The notes beneath the pieces were generated by a model. The model had not been told where the DNA came from. It saw only the letters and a list, made by a program, of their open reading frames with translations, and did no database searches. DNA of 63,780 nt, the filler included, from Nemertoderma westbladi (lineage: Eukaryota > Animalia > Xenacoelomorpha), in the NCBI GenBank assembly GCA_032718475.1. It is 4 parts of 4 records of this genome, joined end to end, with 100 filler letters (N's around TTAATTAATTAA, not from the genome) between each part and the next. Parts side by side here need not be neighbours in the genome. Positions count along the whole stretch, not along the records: positions 54,012 to 63,780 come from JAUCBJ010008579.1; 3 more parts are not named here. One strand, 5' to 3'. The translations under genes were made by a program, and so were the position numbers. Shown here one piece after another: positions 61,040 to 63,780 of this stretch; the stretch's first letter is position 1; each line of letters begins with the position of its first letter.

Positions 61040-62098
61040 GTTTGACACACCGGTACAACATAGCACCTCATAATGTGATTATCCCACCGATTTGTTTTAT
61101 GAACGGCACATATAGTTAATGAATGCAATGCAAGACAAGATATATTTGGAATTACTGTAGTAGGCCTACAACAGTATACTGCAACTTTATTACTATGTAC
61201 GTAAATGTTTCAATATAGTTAGGAATATCAGAAGAACTTTTGGAATCATAACCTTCACACTTTGTTAAATCACTGATCTCTTACTTTACCTTGTAAATTT
61301 TATCTGTAGACGCATGGATACTCAGGGCCTATAGGCCTGCACTTAATTAGTAATAACGAACGTCTGTCTTTAGACTGGGTAGTTTTTATCTAAAACTGAG
61401 GCCGACAAAAACAAGATTGTGTTTATTTATTTGTATAACCACCAAATGGCTTCAAACCACTTGCATGTATTGGAAAATTATAAACGCAACTAAATTAGTA
61501 TCTAGTTGTTGAATAAAAAAAAAATTGGGAATGATTCGATGTGCGATATTCCAAATATTTGCATTTATCAACATCACATCAAAAAATCACGCGAAATTAA
61601 ATACCAACAACTAAACTTTGACATCTGATCAACATTTCACTAATTATTGTCAATTGGAGTTATATGTACATTAATTATATCGTTACTTATTGTTCTATCT
61701 GTATTCAGTCAGTTAGTGCGTAATGTCAAGCTGTACATCATTTATATATCGTAGGGATATTGTCATTTATACATCGTTATAATATACAGACAGTACTGCC
61801 ATCAACTCAGGCTAGCTCAATTATAATGTAAAGTCATTCTTGGTTTGCATCTTCCAATCCCATCTGTTTCTTGGAGTCTGTGTAAGACAGGTTCGTTTAC
61901 AGCCTTCTTGGTGGCGTTCTAGTATTTGTTATATATACTTATCATCTAAATTATGAGACTGATTCCCGAATTAGATTTTTTTATATATAATAATATTGTG
62001 TTTTAAACTTTAGCATGGCGCCTTTCTAAGAGCATAATCTCTTATTCTTATCGCACGCGACGCATTGTATACTTAACATAATTTGTATGTTCTTCTTA

Positions 62099-62300
62099 AG
62101 TAGCAATTAGTACTAGTAGCAATTAGTACTAGTAGGAATTAGTACTAGTAGCAATTAGTACTAGTAGCAATTAGTACTAGTAGGAATTAGTACTAGTAGC
62201 AATTAGTACTAGTAGCAATTAGTACTAGTAGCAATTAGTACTAGTAGCAATTAGTACTAGTAGCAATTAGTACTAGTAGCAATTAGTACTAGTAGCAATT
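62099..62300. repeat. 16-bp tandem repeat (AGTAGCAATTAGTACT), about 12 copies
   Basis: Direct inspection. Confidence 0.95.
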
Positions 62301-62769
62301 GAGAACTTTTGAGAACTTTTGCAATTTAGACAGGTAGGCCCTACTATTTTAGGGACATTTTTTTGCCCCTAAATATATATACTTTAAGATTACGTGTTGT
62401 GACAATTACTGCATAAGCTATGAATCATCTTCACTTCATGAAATATCATCGATTGGCTTCAGTTCTGTAACTATATAGATACGAAAATCATTTTTTTATG
62501 ATAAACCTCGATACCATTAATATTTTTAATAATATTCTAGATTTTGGTAAAAGTAAAGTTGGTTTTAGGAAATTTTGTTGGTTTAATGCTCTATACTGAC
62601 TGGGTAAGTCTACTATATTGGCTATGGTAAATTGTTCAAATTTCGTCAAAAATACGTTTTGTCCAATATGCAATAACATAATAATAGGCCTAACCTTTTC
62701 TGAAATGTCGGATCGTAAGGGATTAACCTCCAGCGATGGCTTGCAAGCAAGTGAATGACTTCTGCTAAT

Positions 62770-63385
62770 TGGAATCATGGACCCGGAAGTCAGGTGAAAA
62801 CCTTCGGATACGTAAGGGGAAGGCATGAGTAGCATTGAATAGTCTGTCCAGGATTTGGAAGTCCCATAGAATAAAACTCAATCTCAAAGTTCGATTATTT
62901 AGGGCAACAGTAGGATCTGTACTCTAACTCTTGTATGGGAGTCCATGCTGGGCTCTAACCGCAGAGGATACCAAATCTCTGGATGGCACTTATAAAAGAA
63001 TGCTGCGCCGGGTACAATGAACACATCTTCAATCAGACTTTATTGGAGGTGTTCCAATAGCCTCCCCTAGCTTGACATTTGAACGGAGCCGCCTGCGGCT
63101 CTGCTTTGCAGGACATTGCTTTCGTTCGCCGTGAGGACCAGCCAGTGCATAATCTTGTGCTTTGGCAGCCTCATGGAGTGAATAACCATGGTGGACAGCC
63201 CATGCCCTTTGTAGACACCTCTTAAAGGACACTGGCCTTGAAGATGCGGATGATCTAATAAATGTCATGGGTGATAGGGAGTTGTGGCGGCGCAATTTTG
63301 TCGACAAGCCGGTACAGAATTCTTAATATATATGTAATATATATATAATGCAGCTGCAATGCAGCATGTCGATAGCTTAATAGTA
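62770..63385 (+). mobile_element. Decayed 3' fragment of RTE family B
   Basis: Colinear with 42045-42635, including the 3' end ATGCAGCTGCAATGCAGCATG. Confidence 0.88.
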
Positions 63386-63702
63386 GTACATAGTAGTTGT
63401 CATGTGTCATCTATACTATTATACAGTATCCATAGTTACTCAGAAAAACGTTTGGTACTTTTGTCACATTATTGTTTCGCCAAACCACACCACTAAAGGG
63501 AATAATAATCATATGCATTTTATTTACGAATGTCCCATACATTAAGATATCAGATTTTTGTATTTCGTGAAAAATTACATCGGAAAATCAGTAGTAATTA
63601 ATATTATTATTTAGTAGTTATATTGACTGGAAATTTTTTTGAACAATTTGAATACACTATATTTTTTTATTTAACATACATATTAATTGCCCCGTATTTT
63701 AG

Positions 63703-63780
63703 GTTATTACTTCAGGAGGTGTGACGTACAAGGGCGAACCCTTCCACAGGGAGTGTTTCAATTGTTTCGAGTGCGGCGTC
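63703..63780 (+). CDS. Lmpt: Limpet/FHL next constitutive LIM exon (phase 0 start, runs off the window)
   Basis: TATTTTAG| VITSGGVTYKGEPFHRECFNCFECGV. Confidence 0.92.

Overview
AT-rich invertebrate-animal genomic DNA with spliceosomal GT-AG introns and the standard code; it is not prokaryotic. The window is four contigs joined by identical artificial 100-bp linkers (44 N + TTAATTAATTAA + 44 N) at 12430-12529, 28604-28703 and 53912-54011, so nothing should be linked across them. Most of the sequence is transposable elements: two RTE LINE families (one intact 5'-truncated copy with a 12-bp TSD), CRE-clade RLE retrotransposons, CR1/L2- and RTEX-like remnants, Ty3/gypsy elements (one nearly intact with a clear -1 frameshift signal), a BEL/Pao gag, a Penelope GIY-YIG remnant, TA-flanked CAG..CTG TIR elements and Mutator-like MITEs. 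Host genes readable exon by exon are: an EGF-EGF-bulb-lectin gene whose lectin exon is split by a CRE fragment, an intronless SARNP/Tho1, a calmodulin/troponin-C-like EF-hand gene, a TSP1 + F-type lectin gene with a 15-kb TE-filled intron, and a Limpet/FHL LIM gene. The strongest finding is in the Limpet gene: three paralogous 170-bp exons (phase 1 in, phase 0 out) that keep frame only if exactly one is used, i.e. a probable three-way mutually exclusive LIM cassette. All family assignments come from motif recognition by eye, not from database searches.
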